DNA of 62,908 bases, counting the filler, from Choristocarpus tenellus KU-1152 (taxonomy: Eukaryota > Protista > Phaeophyceae): NCBI GenBank assembly GCA_964200185.2. It is 6 parts of 6 records of this genome, joined end to end, with 100 filler letters (N's around TTAATTAATTAA, not from the genome) between each part and the next. Parts side by side here need not be neighbours in the genome. Positions count along the whole stretch, not along the records: positions 1 to 5,592 come from CAXNAD020010314.1; positions 5,693 to 27,449 come from CAXNAD020000327.1; 4 more parts are not named here. One strand, 5' to 3'. The notes under the pieces were generated by a model. That model searched no databases. It saw only the letters and a list, made by a program, of their open reading frames with translations, and was not told the origin of the DNA. Below, piece after piece: positions 1 through 10,899 of the stretch. A program made the translations under genes and the position numbers. Numbering within the stretch: the first letter of the stretch is position 1; each line of letters begins with the position of its first letter.

Positions 1-836
1 TACACAGATTGAGAGCTCTTTCTTGATTCTATGGGTGGTGGTGCATGGCCGTTCTTAGTTGGTAGAGTGATTGGAGTGAAAGTATCTTAGAGGGTACGAG
101 TTTTGCCCTATTTGTCCATTTGGGGCTTGACTTCTCATGTTTTTTTTTAAATGTCTTTTTCCTACTTTGAAATATTTGGAGTACGTAAAATGTATGTTAT
201 GAAAAGGTGTGTCTAGAACAAGGATATTGACACTTCCTGACAAACAGGCTAGTCAAATTTTCATCAAAATCGCAACATTGGATTTTGACCTCAAAATGGA
301 CGCGCCTCTACCCTCTAAGATACTCTGGCTCATTGTCTGGTTAATTCCAGTAACAAACGAGGCCCCTGCCTGCTAAATAGGGGGGCGTACGCTTGCACGT
401 AGGCGCCCGCTTCTTAGAAGGGCTTTCGTTGACTAACCGAAGGAAGTTGGGGCAATAACAGACCTGTGATGCCCTTTGATGTCCTGGGCCGCACACGCGC
501 TACACTGATGCATGCAACGAGATTCGTTTGACCTTGGTCGAGAGACCCAGGAAATCTGTTGAACGTGCATCGTGATAGGGATAGATCATTGCAATTATTG
601 ATCTTGAACAAGGAATTCCTAGTAAACGCGAGTCATCAGCTGGCATTGATTACGTCCCTGCCCTTTGTACACACCGCCCATCACACCTACCGATTGAATG
701 TTTCAGTGAAGATTCTGAACCGTGTTGCAGGAGCTTCGCTGCTGCCACACCGTGGGAAGTTATCTGAACTTCAATATTTAGAGGAAGGTGAAGCTATAAC
801 AAGGTTTCCGTAGGTGAACCTGCGAAAGGATCATTA
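1..836 (+). rRNA. 18S rRNA: 18S rRNA gene, 3' portion; degenerate copy interrupted by a MITE at 74-331
   Basis: Conserved SSU motifs GGTGGTGCATGGCCGTTCTTAGTTGG, TTGTACACACCGCCC and AACAAGGTTTCCGTAGGTGAACCTGC...GGATCATTA (ends 836), with many substitutions at normally invariant positions. Confidence 0.95.
74..331 (+). mobile_element. MITE family A, copy 1 (258 bp), inserted in 18S rDNA
   Basis: TIRs GAGTGAAAGTATCTTAGAGGGTA / TACCCTCTAAGATACTCTGGCTC. ATTG is duplicated at 70-73 and 332-335. Removing the element rejoins the 18S GAGTGATT(T)GTCTGGTTAATTCC motif. Confidence 0.93.
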
Positions 837-1245
837 CCGATCGTTCTATGGCTGTATGGCTGAATGGCTGTAGAGCTGTATTGTAAAGATTGTGTAGGGA
901 GGGACAGTTTGGGCGAGGTGAGGGATGGTTTTTTTCCTTGGGCTCTCGCCGTCGATCGTTCTTCTGCTGCTCGAAATATTGCGAATCGATGCAAGGGGTG
1001 GGTAGTGCCTCGCAGGCGACGTCTGCTTTGTTGCGGGCACGGTTGAATCAAAAACACGCCCCCCCTATCTACTCTCAGCCGGGCTACGTGGGAGTCTGAG
1101 GTGTTGTGCAGCCACCTACGTCTTGGCCTGTGTCTATCCCTACCCCTTTCCGCCGTTTTGGATTTGTAGTCAGCTGGTAAACGGCGGGGGGGAGAAGGAG
1201 GGAGGGTGGGTAGGAGAGGTGGCGAGCGTGAGTAGAGGTTTGTGC
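837..1245 (+). other. ITS1
   Basis: Lies between the 18S end (GGATCATTA) and the 5.8S start (AAAAC.TTCAGCGACGGATGTCTTGG). Confidence 0.85.
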
Positions 1246-1403
1246 AAAACGTTCAGCGACGGATGTCTTGGCTCCCGCAATAATGAAGAATGCGGTGAAA
1301 TGCGATACGTCTTGCAAATTGCAGAATCCAGCGAATCATCAAAACTTTCAGCACACCTTGTACTCCTGGGATACGCCGAGGAGCATGCTTGTCGGAGTGT
1401 CTG
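1246..1403 (+). rRNA. 5.8S rRNA: 5.8S rRNA gene, degenerate, brown-algal type
   Basis: TTCAGCGACGGATGTCTTGGCTCC...GAAATGCGATACGTCTTGC...GCAGAATCCAGCGAATCATCAAAACTTT...GAGCATGCTTGTCGGAGTGTCTG; several conserved CpGs are mutated. Confidence 0.92.
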
Positions 1404-1735
1404 TCGACTCTGCTCCTCCCGACGGCCGTTTTAGCGTGTCTGCGTTTTTTGCGCTGGCAGGGCGTGTGGCTTTGTGGGAGGGACTGTGCGCGTTTCCGCG
1501 TTCATGATACGTGTTTTGCGGCATGCGCCGAAGGGAGGTCATGTTTTCTGCGCCTCCGCGCCCGTTCCACGTCCCTGGGGGGCGTTGGGCGTCCGAGCAG
1601 CTGACGGGGGTATCCTAGGAGGATCATCTATCGTTCCACGCTTCTTTGTACATTGGCGCACCTTGTGGGGAGTGGGGTGGGTGAAGTGCTACGTTTGCGG
1701 GGATGGGCGGCCGGGACCATGAGGGCGTTTTGCGG
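1404..1735 (+). other. ITS2, truncated; no 28S follows
   Basis: GC-rich spacer after 5.8S that switches abruptly to a TGTAAG-started retroelement end at 1736. Confidence 0.7.
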
Positions 1736-2780
1736 TGTAAGTAGCAGGGAACAGGAGCAGCAGTAGGGAGGTGGGGTGGGTCAGGGAGTATATAGACAGT
1801 TCAACTACAGGCAACAGTAGCAAAGTGCCAGCTCGACAAAGAACAGCATACAATATCCAACTCAAATGGTGTACTGCCACCTAATCGCATTGCGCACTTG
1901 AGCATGCAACTTCAGTTTCTTCAACTGTTTACATAGAAAGACAGGGACATCCTCTGAAATGGAAGAGAGTGGCTCCCATGTCCTCTCGTCCTCACTTAAC
2001 CCTAACCAATCCACCAAAACCTGGTATTCATCCTTTTACCCTATGCACTGCCAGAATATCAGACATTTCAAATTCTCCCTGGTTCTGCATGTACTGGAAT
2101 GTTGGCTTTATCTCTGTGGTCACGTTCAGCTCGTTGTCTGCATAGAACGACAACCTCTTTAGCCGCTGCACCATTGCTTCTCTGCAACGATGCCCAGCAT
2201 TGCCCATGTGTGCACACACCATCAGGCGTGTCCACAGATCCTTTGCCATATCAGGTATCCATTGTGGGGCTGTATCCTCAGCACCCACCTGCATCATGCC
2301 ATCCTGTTAATGATGTACACGATCAGCAGAGGTCATAAATCCTCCTCTTTCATGCACCGTCACACCTCCTAGGACCTTGCTAACCACTAGATGTGCCTCA
2401 TGCACCACCGCTCTTGATGGCCGGGTGTCCTCTCCCTGCACCTCCCTAGCTAGACACGGCTACAGCTCGCACCGCCACCTTATTCACCGTGGCCCAGTGT
2501 AGCTGTGTTCCTTTGAAAGAACTACTCAGAAATCCCAGCGGCTCATGGCTCACATTTTCTACTGCAATGCCTGCATTCAGCTCCTACCGAAGGATCTGTG
2601 TGACAAAACGCACCAGTGCTTGTCAGAGGCGTCTGGAGACATCAGCACTGCACACTCCTCCCTGGGGTGTGAGAGCTCTACCGCCTGTGAGACAAGGTTC
2701 GCCGCGCTGAAATCCGTCACCAGTCAGTAGCCCGAACCCTCAGGTTTGGGTAAAGGCAATATGCGAAAATTGTATCATCA
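1736..2780 (-). mobile_element. Internally deleted Gypsy LTR retrotransposon remnant with chromodomain
   Basis: Minus-strand fragments: RT start PKPEGSGY*LVTDFSAAN, RNase H-like PDASDKHW, integrase Zn motif RLMVCAHMGNAGHR, chromodomain QGEFEMSDILAV / EYQVLVDWLGLSEDERTWEPLSSI. Ends in CA at 1736. Confidence 0.8.
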
Positions 2781-2968
2781 CTACCCCATTCCACTCTGCC
2801 AACTCAACCCCCACCTAGTCTAGCCATCTCAATCCCACCCTCCTTTTCTCATCTCCTCAAGCAGATAAAGGTGTGATGGTTATCATGCCTTGTCTTTCTT
2901 TAGTCTCACTTTTAAATGTTGCTGCTTGCGGCAAAACCAGACCCCAAGCTCGTACCCTTGCGCACTAG

Positions 2969-4431
2969 GTTCCTCCCAGAACAGGGAGGTGGTGTGTACG
3001 CCTCAAGGTGGTGGTGCTATGTCTCCCCTGCCCATACGTCTGGGGTGCAAGCGCCAGCATGGATTGTGGAGGTGAATGGCGAGGAAACACCCACGCTTGA
3101 GCCTTCCTTAGTAAGGCGAGAAACCTCATGAACAAGGTACCGGCTAGGCTCAAGACGGTGAGTGACCTTTGCATGGGGTGGGAACGGAGGGAGTAAGGTA
3201 GAGTATGTTGGGGGTAGGTGCGTACGGTGTTGTGTGTGGGGGTGGGCGGGAATGGAGAGGTGGCAAAAGGGGCTTGAAGAGGGAAAGGGTTCGATTCTTT
3301 TCCTCCTTGAATTTATACGGAAATTCTATAGCCTGACACGCCTTGAGATGCCTTTTGTACGGCTCTTGGAGATGATGGAGTAGGTTGTGCATTGATGTTG
3401 AAGCAGTCTTGATGCTGGAATTAGGTCGTAAGGTCGAGGTTAGAAATGTTGATCATTGAGTGGAGATGAAGAGGATGTAAGTAGTGAGTATGCATTACTT
3501 TGAGGTGAGGTAGATCTCCACTTGCAAGTCATTCTAGTGGTTTGTGGTAAGACGATTTATCAACACATTCGATTCAGTGGTATTTATTCTTGGGAGTTCT
3601 CACTGGTATTCTCATGTGTTGGAGTGTCCATGGTACTTCGAAGTAGGTTGAAGATTTTAGTAGAAATTGGTATCAACTACTCGGGATAATTTCTGGGGTT
3701 TTTTCATCCTCTGACCCCCATACAAGTATCAATATGCATACCGCTTTCCCATCTCCCCTCCCCTTCCACCTTATCAGTCCTTGTTTTCGCTCACATGTTG
3801 CAATTGTGCAAAATAGGACAATAGTAAGGTGTATCCTATTTTGTGTATGTTAGATTATTGCTATTGGATCAGTAGTGAAGACAAGAAAATGTGGAGCCTT
3901 ACACGACCCCCTTTGCTGAACGTGAAAAGAATGGATGGATGAATTAGAAGAGTGACCTTGTGGGGTGTCTTCTTATTGCTTGTCTTGTTAATATTTTGTG
4001 CCATATACATAAGTCAATGGTTAAGTCAGAGTGGTTGAATGAAGAACCAAACCCATACACAATCAACATACATAATCCGGGTTTGCTATCTCCGTAGTTA
4101 CGTCACATGGACTCAATCAATTGCCATAATCCCACATAATCTTGTCAACACGGTGTCTACTAAGTCTTATACCTGTTCTTCCGCAATCTTTTTGTCAAGA
4201 TGTCAGCAAGTTGTAGTGCTGTGGGTATATACGTTCAAGGTTAATTCCACAGCAATCAACCATCTATTGCAGGTTTACTTGGATGCCAAGGTGGGGGCTT
4301 TCATTCTTTCAACTGATAACCAGTACTGGCCAACCCTAGAGGTTTGCCCAAAGGGTGACAGCTGGTCTAGCATGCTCCACTGCCAAACCAGACAGGCTTC
4401 CTGGGTGGGAGAGATAGAATTTGTAGGCTGA
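2969..4431 (+). pseudogene. C-terminal exons of a DEG7/Nma111-like HtrA-PDZ serine protease, frameshifted and 5'-truncated
   Basis: Exon 2969-3157 FLPEQGGGVYASRW...SPAH...WIVEVNGEETPTLE/AFLSKARNL...RLKT has a 1-nt frameshift near 3100. Exon 4273-4431 reads VYLDAKVGAFILSTDNQYWPTLE. Both match the DEG7/Nma111 C-terminus (GVYV.RW..GSP...WIVEVNG..TP.L..F...D..YWPT). Confidence 0.75.
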
Positions 4432-5308
4432 GATAGGGGAGGTTTTTCAAGGCTGGGAGTTATTTTCACAGATAGAGAATGGCGGTATGTGAGTCTGGGG
4501 GGGGAACTTGTGATACTGCCGTGTAGTGAGTGAAACTGGTTTTTGTACATGTCCGTGTATGTGCTCGCGTGCGTGAGTGCAAGCACGCATTCCTGTGTAT
4601 AATGTGTAATGTACTATTACTGATTAAGTATCACATTCTTTTGTTGATGCAACCTTGAGGTAGCACTACCCCGTACCTCTTATTGCTAGAGCAGTGATGC
4701 GGTCGGCACAGTGAATGGAGGAGAAGATGTTGGAAAATAGACATCTAGAGCTGGGGATGGCATCGCAAGATAAGAGACCAAGAGGATGAGGACCACATTT
4801 CGTCGATCTTAGTTTGTCGCCGTATTGGCGTTTATATGGTCTAACCCCACCACGCACCCCTCCATTATATTTTCGTTTCATGACAGTTACAGTTTCACTT
4901 GGTATTAAGTACTCGAGATTGTAGTTTATTGTGTAATTAGATTACTTTGCAAGGAGTGAACTCTTTGGCACGTAAAGCATCTCTTTTTTGTGCTCACCTG
5001 GTTGTTTTTTGTGTGGATTTCAACGGTTGCTTTTTATGCCTTGCCATCATGGCGGGGACAGGGGGGCAGAGCTTGAAGGTTTACATACACTGAATGAGGA
5101 GGCACTATCCCATTGCCCTGAAACCTAGCACATGCATGCACACCTACACGTACCCACTCACTAGTTCTTTCATCTGAGAGTAGCGTTGTCCTGAGGAGGC
5201 ATTTGGTAATTTCTACGTGATGGCACTTTGTGGAGCGCATTGGATACCATCAAGTGTATAAGTGCTCTGCTGCAGCACTAGTTCATACGCCTCTCTAAGT
5301 TGATGCTT

Positions 5309-5520
5309 GAGCCAAAGTGTATAAAAGGGTAGGTAGGGCCTTGTCCATTTGGGGGTCAAAATCCAAAGTTGCGATTTTTGGATTTTGATGTAATTTTGAT
5401 TATCGTGTTTGTTGGGAAGTGTCAATATCCTTGTTTCAGACACACCTTTTCATGACGTATACATTTTACCTACTCCGAAACATTTTGGAGTAGGAAAATG
5501 TAATAAAAATACCCCATGGG
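5309..5520 (-). mobile_element. MITE family A, copy 2, truncated
   Basis: Starts GAGCCAAAGTGTA and is collinear with the reverse complement of 74-331. It breaks off at a TGTTAAAG-started sequence that runs into the contig end. Confidence 0.85.
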
Positions 5521-5592
5521 TGTTAAAGAAACTGGTGTTCCCAAGACTGGTGTGTGTAAATAACTCGATTATTTCCTCATTATGTAGAACAG

Positions 5593-5692
5593 NNNNNNNN
5601 NNNNNNNNNNNNNNNNNNNNNNNNNNNNNNNNNNNNTTAATTAATTAANNNNNNNNNNNNNNNNNNNNNNNNNNNNNNNNNNNNNNNNNNNN
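5593..5692. other. Artificial contig spacer
   Basis: 100 nt of N around TTAATTAATTAA (stops in all six frames). Confidence 0.98.
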
Positions 5693-6424
5693 GTATGTCG
5701 GCCTTGGGGAAGCCCCAAAAAAGGGGGGGGGGGGGGGGGGGAAACAGCGGCAATGACAAAAAAAAAAGGAGGCATCGCTTGTTACAAAGGCCAACAAACA
5801 GCGTTCAAAGAAGGCGACAGATGCTTTGAAGTACTGCTACACACTAAAATGTTGCCATTAGTATACATGGAGTAGTAATCAATGTACGCAGCGAGATAAC
5901 GTGTGTAGAACAGTAGTGATTTTATTAGTGATAGAAAGGGACATCGGAATATAGTGATTTTGAAGTAACATTCTAGGAAACGTTTCGGTTGGAGATCTAC
6001 CGAATTGCACGAAAACGAGATTTTGGAGATTAGGAACTATCCCCCCCCCCCCCCCTTCCCTTATGTATAAAACTCATTCTTCTTGGTGAAGCAGAACACT
6101 ATCACGTAGCGTGCGAACAACCAACCCACAGTCCGTCACACGGTCCACGCACCTCTCTGCCTGCTGATGCCGACACCTCTCCCTCACTCGAACACTGTCG
6201 TCCCTGTCGACAAACAGGGTTGCTGACTTGGAAGCACCAGCCATCTCCTGCATGCAACGAGGACAAGAGAGGCAACCAGAGGTTTTCACGTAGGGCTCAG
6301 ATAATTTAGTGAGAGTACATGGGGAGAGGGGGAAATGTCGACACCTCGTCCTTACCGGTCAGAGCCAGGAGAGCAAACCTGCTGCGATGCATGCGGAAAA
6401 CACGAACACAAGATAACACCAGTG

Positions 6425-6682
6425 AGCAGCAGCAGCAGCAGCAGCAGCGCTGACAGAGCGGTTGGGATCACGTTGTTGTTTTTTTAACGTCGCCAGAAAA
6501 AAAAAAAAATAGTTCATTTTTATTTGTATTTTATTTTTTAATGTCGTGAGAGAAGTGGTTGTCTGAGGAACAATAAGTCGGCACACAGAAGAAGAAAAAG
6601 AAACAATAATCAGAAAAAATAAAAATTATATATATATATATATATTTGCATGAATTTGTGACCGGCCCTCTTGCTACTTTTT

Positions 6683-6721
<39 letters not shown>

Positions 6722-7201
6722 CTGTGTGCTTTGTTGTGCGACAAAACACCGGCCCCTCGAATGCCTCTCATGCTCAATGCGCAAGGAGCATTTATTGATG
6801 GATGATGTTACCAAACACAGAGATAAGGCAGTCCAAAAGCACAAAATGCACCGGAGTGCGTCGAACATGGATGGGGGGGAGAGGGGTAAACACTCTGGAT
6901 GCCACAGGGCAGTGGGTTGTTGTGCACTTAAGAGGCATGGTGATTGGCTATATAAGAGGAGGCTTGTGACCAGTGCCGATTGGTTCACCGCGTTGGTTTG
7001 AATCACGGGCTGGGTGCTCACATCACAAATTCCTGTCTTCTCATTGGTCAGCAATATTGCCCTTGAGCTGGGCCCCAAACAACCCTTACAACCCACCTCC
7101 TTACCTTGAGGACGTTAAGCTGGTTGCTGATCAATCATCTATTTTTTCTTATAATTTGGGCTTTTGTCCACTTCAATTAATAGTCTCAAGGAGTAAATAA
7201 T

Positions 7202-7235
<34 letters not shown>

Positions 7236-7643
7236 TATATTCAATGGAAAAACTGGTCTATAAATTTTCCCACCTCCCAGATATCACCGTAACCAGTGTA
7301 GTACGATCAGGCCACACATCATATATAGAGCTAGCCCACCACGAGCCAATAAAGACTGCTGCTGAGATAACATATACTCCATATACATTGAGGGTTGAAG
7401 TAAGGGCAGAGTGAACACACACACACGCACACGCACGCATGCACGCACAAATGCACACAAGGTCATCTCAGTGACTAGGTCATGACTTACAAGCCGCTCT
7501 ATTGGTCTCTATATACTCATGTTGTGTTGCATTATGCACTGTTAAGTAATAGTCCTCAGACTTGTAGGCATTTTAATCCACACATACAAGCACTTAGTAC
7601 ACCAGAAACATACGTCCTGTCATGTCTCTGTTTCTCTCTCTGC

Positions 7644-7680
<37 letters not shown>
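6425..7680. repeat. Cluster of microsatellites: (CAG)n ~6425-6448, (TG)n 6687-6720, (TAA)n 7204-7234, (TC)n 7649-7680
   Basis: Directly visible. Confidence 0.9.
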
Positions 7681-7682
<2 letters not shown>

Positions 7683-7684
<2 letters not shown>

Positions 7685-8275
7685 CCCGATGCTTGTCCTC
7701 CATATTTTTGAGCTCCTCTCGCATGGTACTTGCATCCACCATCGCTGCATGGGCCCTCTTTTGTTGCTTACGGCCCAATTCCTCTTCCCTCTACACCGCA
7801 TCAATTTGTTCAGTTTTTCATCCCCACAGCAACAGGAGAGGTCAAACAGGAAGGGTACCCTAGGGGTCATGGATCACATATAAATGCTACAGCAGTTTTT
7901 TTTCTTTTGAAAAGTGCACACTATGATTTGGGTCAAGGATCACGAAAACAACAATGGCACTTGTTTTTCTTGCATAAGAACATGTTGAGATTAGGATTAG
8001 GGCAAGTTTGCATCATATGTGAGTAGACCCAATGCTTGGAGAGCCGATATAGACCATGGATGGGGAGGACATTTCCAATATTTAAACATCAACCATGTTC
8101 CTTCGTACAAAGTAGGAAGAGGGCACTCCATGCACAACACACTTCTACACATGCACATTGCAACAAAATTCTCCACAACCGTCTATTGCCACCACTGCCC
8201 CACCTTGAGCTGATCGATGAGTCTTGCACAATCTCTTCTGGCTGACGTCAGCTCAAGCTCAAGGTCTTCCACCCT
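7683..8275 (-). CDS. Internal exons of a coiled-coil protein gene; full extent not resolved
   Basis: AG/GT-bounded phase-0 exons 8275-8204 (RVEDLELELTSARRDCARLIDQLK) and 7790-7683 (REEELGRKQQKRAHAAMVDASTMREELKNMEDKHRV). Confidence 0.55.
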
Positions 8276-9859
8276 CTGATGTAGTCGTTTCATCTCCTAT
8301 AGTTGGCACAAGCAGCCCCCAGTGGCGGGAACATAATTCTATTAGCACGATCGATTCGGTTCGAGAGCAGGAGAACCTCGTGTGAGCTTTCACGAGAGTC
8401 CCCATTGTTTTGAATAGCTTCGTCGAGTTTTTCGACTTTCTTGAACAGCGAAGGTGTAGCGTCGGATTTATGAGCTGGTATCCCAATAAATCAGGAAGAA
8501 ACTTAGGGGTGTTCCACTTCAAATCTAACAAGATCGCATAGATCGATACTTTCTCTTTACCATAGAAAACCACTTCTCAAAAAGGCTACGGTCACTACCA
8601 ACCTCGGCTGTGGGCACTTCAGCGGCGGGTTCTCGAAGCCAGACAACATCACGCCCCCGATAAAAGGAGAACGAAATACTTGACCTCACAACTCACTTCG
8701 GTCTCGGACATGTGTTGATATTTATACAAACGTCACTACTATTGTGCGACAGCTACAATAAATACTTCAAGCAATGCCACAGTCGAAAGCGCCAGAGTCG
8801 ACTCGAGTGGGCATGGTACAGCTTCACTCGACAACTGCAGTTACCCTAGGCTTCACTCTGTACAATTGACACATGCTGCGCTTGACCTCCCAAAAGTATT
8901 GCTGACAGTAGGTCTGGCGCAATTGTGTTGGGGCGAAGCTGAACCATATTGTTCAGAGACAAGAAGTAATGCCCGTTCAACAACAAGACACAAACGGCCT
9001 CAGTATCACCTTTTATCCCCATCCATTTCATCTTTCAAACGAATGTCTCATCCGGACACCGAAAATAGCAAGCGCTAAGAGTAGGTTAAGGACCCCTGAG
9101 ATGGACCCACTCTTACTGGTGTTCAAGATTCAAACCTCACCTCATCCACCCTTGGGTCAATTTTCCTCGAACTTCCCTTAGGCAGAAGTTCATTCGCAAC
9201 TCTCCTCGTAGATGATTTCAGGAGAGATTTTTCTTCCCACACATCTTCGTGACCCACATCCGCCCACAGCTGAGTCCCCCCCCCAAAACCTCGCCCAGCT
9301 CTACCGTGAGTTGGGGCTGTCCCTAAGCTTACAACCTCAAAACGTGTGTGACCTAGAGCCAGTCCTAGATCAAGCAAAGAGCTCATATCTTCTCCCATTC
9401 CACCGTCCTCTACTCCGCTATCCATTGAAGTGCTTTGAGGGCGTACGAGAAATGCAGTGTTGTCCTCTTGTAAGTTGTAGACTGATACCCTGTTTTACTG
9501 TCTCTTTCATGGATCAAACTGTTTTTGAAATTGAAATTTGGATGGAAAATTCAGACGCGCCAATCGCGCGCTCATTGGATTATTTACGTTTTTATTATTT
9601 TATATGTTGGTGTTCTTTGTCAGTGAGAAGAGTAGGAACGACAGTGGGGAAACACTTTCCTGTTAAGAATGCTATGTATTGATGATGGGGATTTTCTGTC
9701 TCAGAACCAAGGTTATTTTGGTTAGGATAATGACAGTGATTGTGAAGGCGGTCAGGTCATTCGGGCTAACCACCTGTGATTAAAGACATGGAAGACCTCA
9801 GCCTCCCCACAACACTGCAGATATAATGAAGATTCGGGGTTTGGGTGAGCACTGCGAGC

Positions 9860-10300
9860 AGACTGACAAGCTTATTTTCCTTGTAGAAATCATCAGCGAT
9901 GAAGCTGACATTAACACCGAAATGATCAGACGGGTGAAAAAAGTTTGGGGTTGTTTCCGCAAGAATAGCGAAATGTTTTACGGCAGGACGATTGGTGTAT
10001 TAGATGAGGTCAAGATTGGAATCCTCAAGGCTGAAGTGGTTCAATAGTTCTGTGATACAGACAATCCGAAAAGGTTCACTATATGAAACTTCGCTCTCAT
10101 CGTCACAAATTCCTCGTACACTGCCTCTCGGATTTCACACACAGGCATCGACCACACACAGTCTTACACAGGTATCCTTGTCAAGACTGATTGGGACGAT
10201 TGTGCGAAAACCGAGAAACCTATTCGTAGGTTCAGTTGTCTGGATGGAGGACGGGCGACTTCCAAAGCCGTTGGTGTTCGGGAGATGGAAAGTGTAAGCA
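9860..10300 (+). mobile_element. RTE-clade LINE, degenerate C-terminal RT fragment
   Basis: EMIRRVKKVWGCFRK...YGR...KIGILKAEVV and IGTIVRKPRNLFVGSVVWMEDGRLPKPLVFG resemble the RTE post-RT motifs. Confidence 0.75.
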
Positions 10301-10899
10301 AGGTAGGCAGGAAACGTTTGGGATGTCCCATCGGTACACCGCACATCCTTCTGCAAATGGGGGGCCAAAGCACGGGTCTCCCTTGCTTGTGGGATCTGTG
10401 CAAGCACAAGAAGGTGAAGAAGGTCAACCAGTGGATCAAGCCAGTCCTCTCAGACCAGCATAAGACAGTAGGGTGGGTTTCGTCATCAGCCAAATGCACA
10501 GGAGGGGGGGAAGTGGAGTATTTGCAGATGATCAATATCACTGGGTGCATGTGGGTGAGAAGAGGTTTTACATCCTCAAAGATGAGCAAGGTGAGTACCT
10601 TCACCTCACTGAGGACCCCCCAACCCCCCACGGGCACAGTATAAGCGTTGCATTGCGAAGGTAATGTTCTTTGCAGCCGTGGCCCACCCTAGGAAGCTCT
10701 CCAACAGGATCTGGCTAATCATGGACACCAGGGTCGCTCAGCGCTCCAGAAACACCACCTGAAGGGCACCAAGGTACTTATGCCAGCCATGGTGGATGGG
10801 GAGAGGTAAAATAAGCTCATGATGGAGGATATCATCCCTAATATATTAGGGCATAATATTGTATAATATTGTGGATGGTTCCCCACATTTCTGTGTAGA

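Noticed and set aside
74-331. Group I or spliceosomal intron in 18S
   Set aside because: It has TIRs, a TSD and dispersed non-rDNA copies; no group I core or splice signals.
414-1722. Short ORFs over rDNA/ITS
   Set aside because: Spurious frames over structural RNA sequence.
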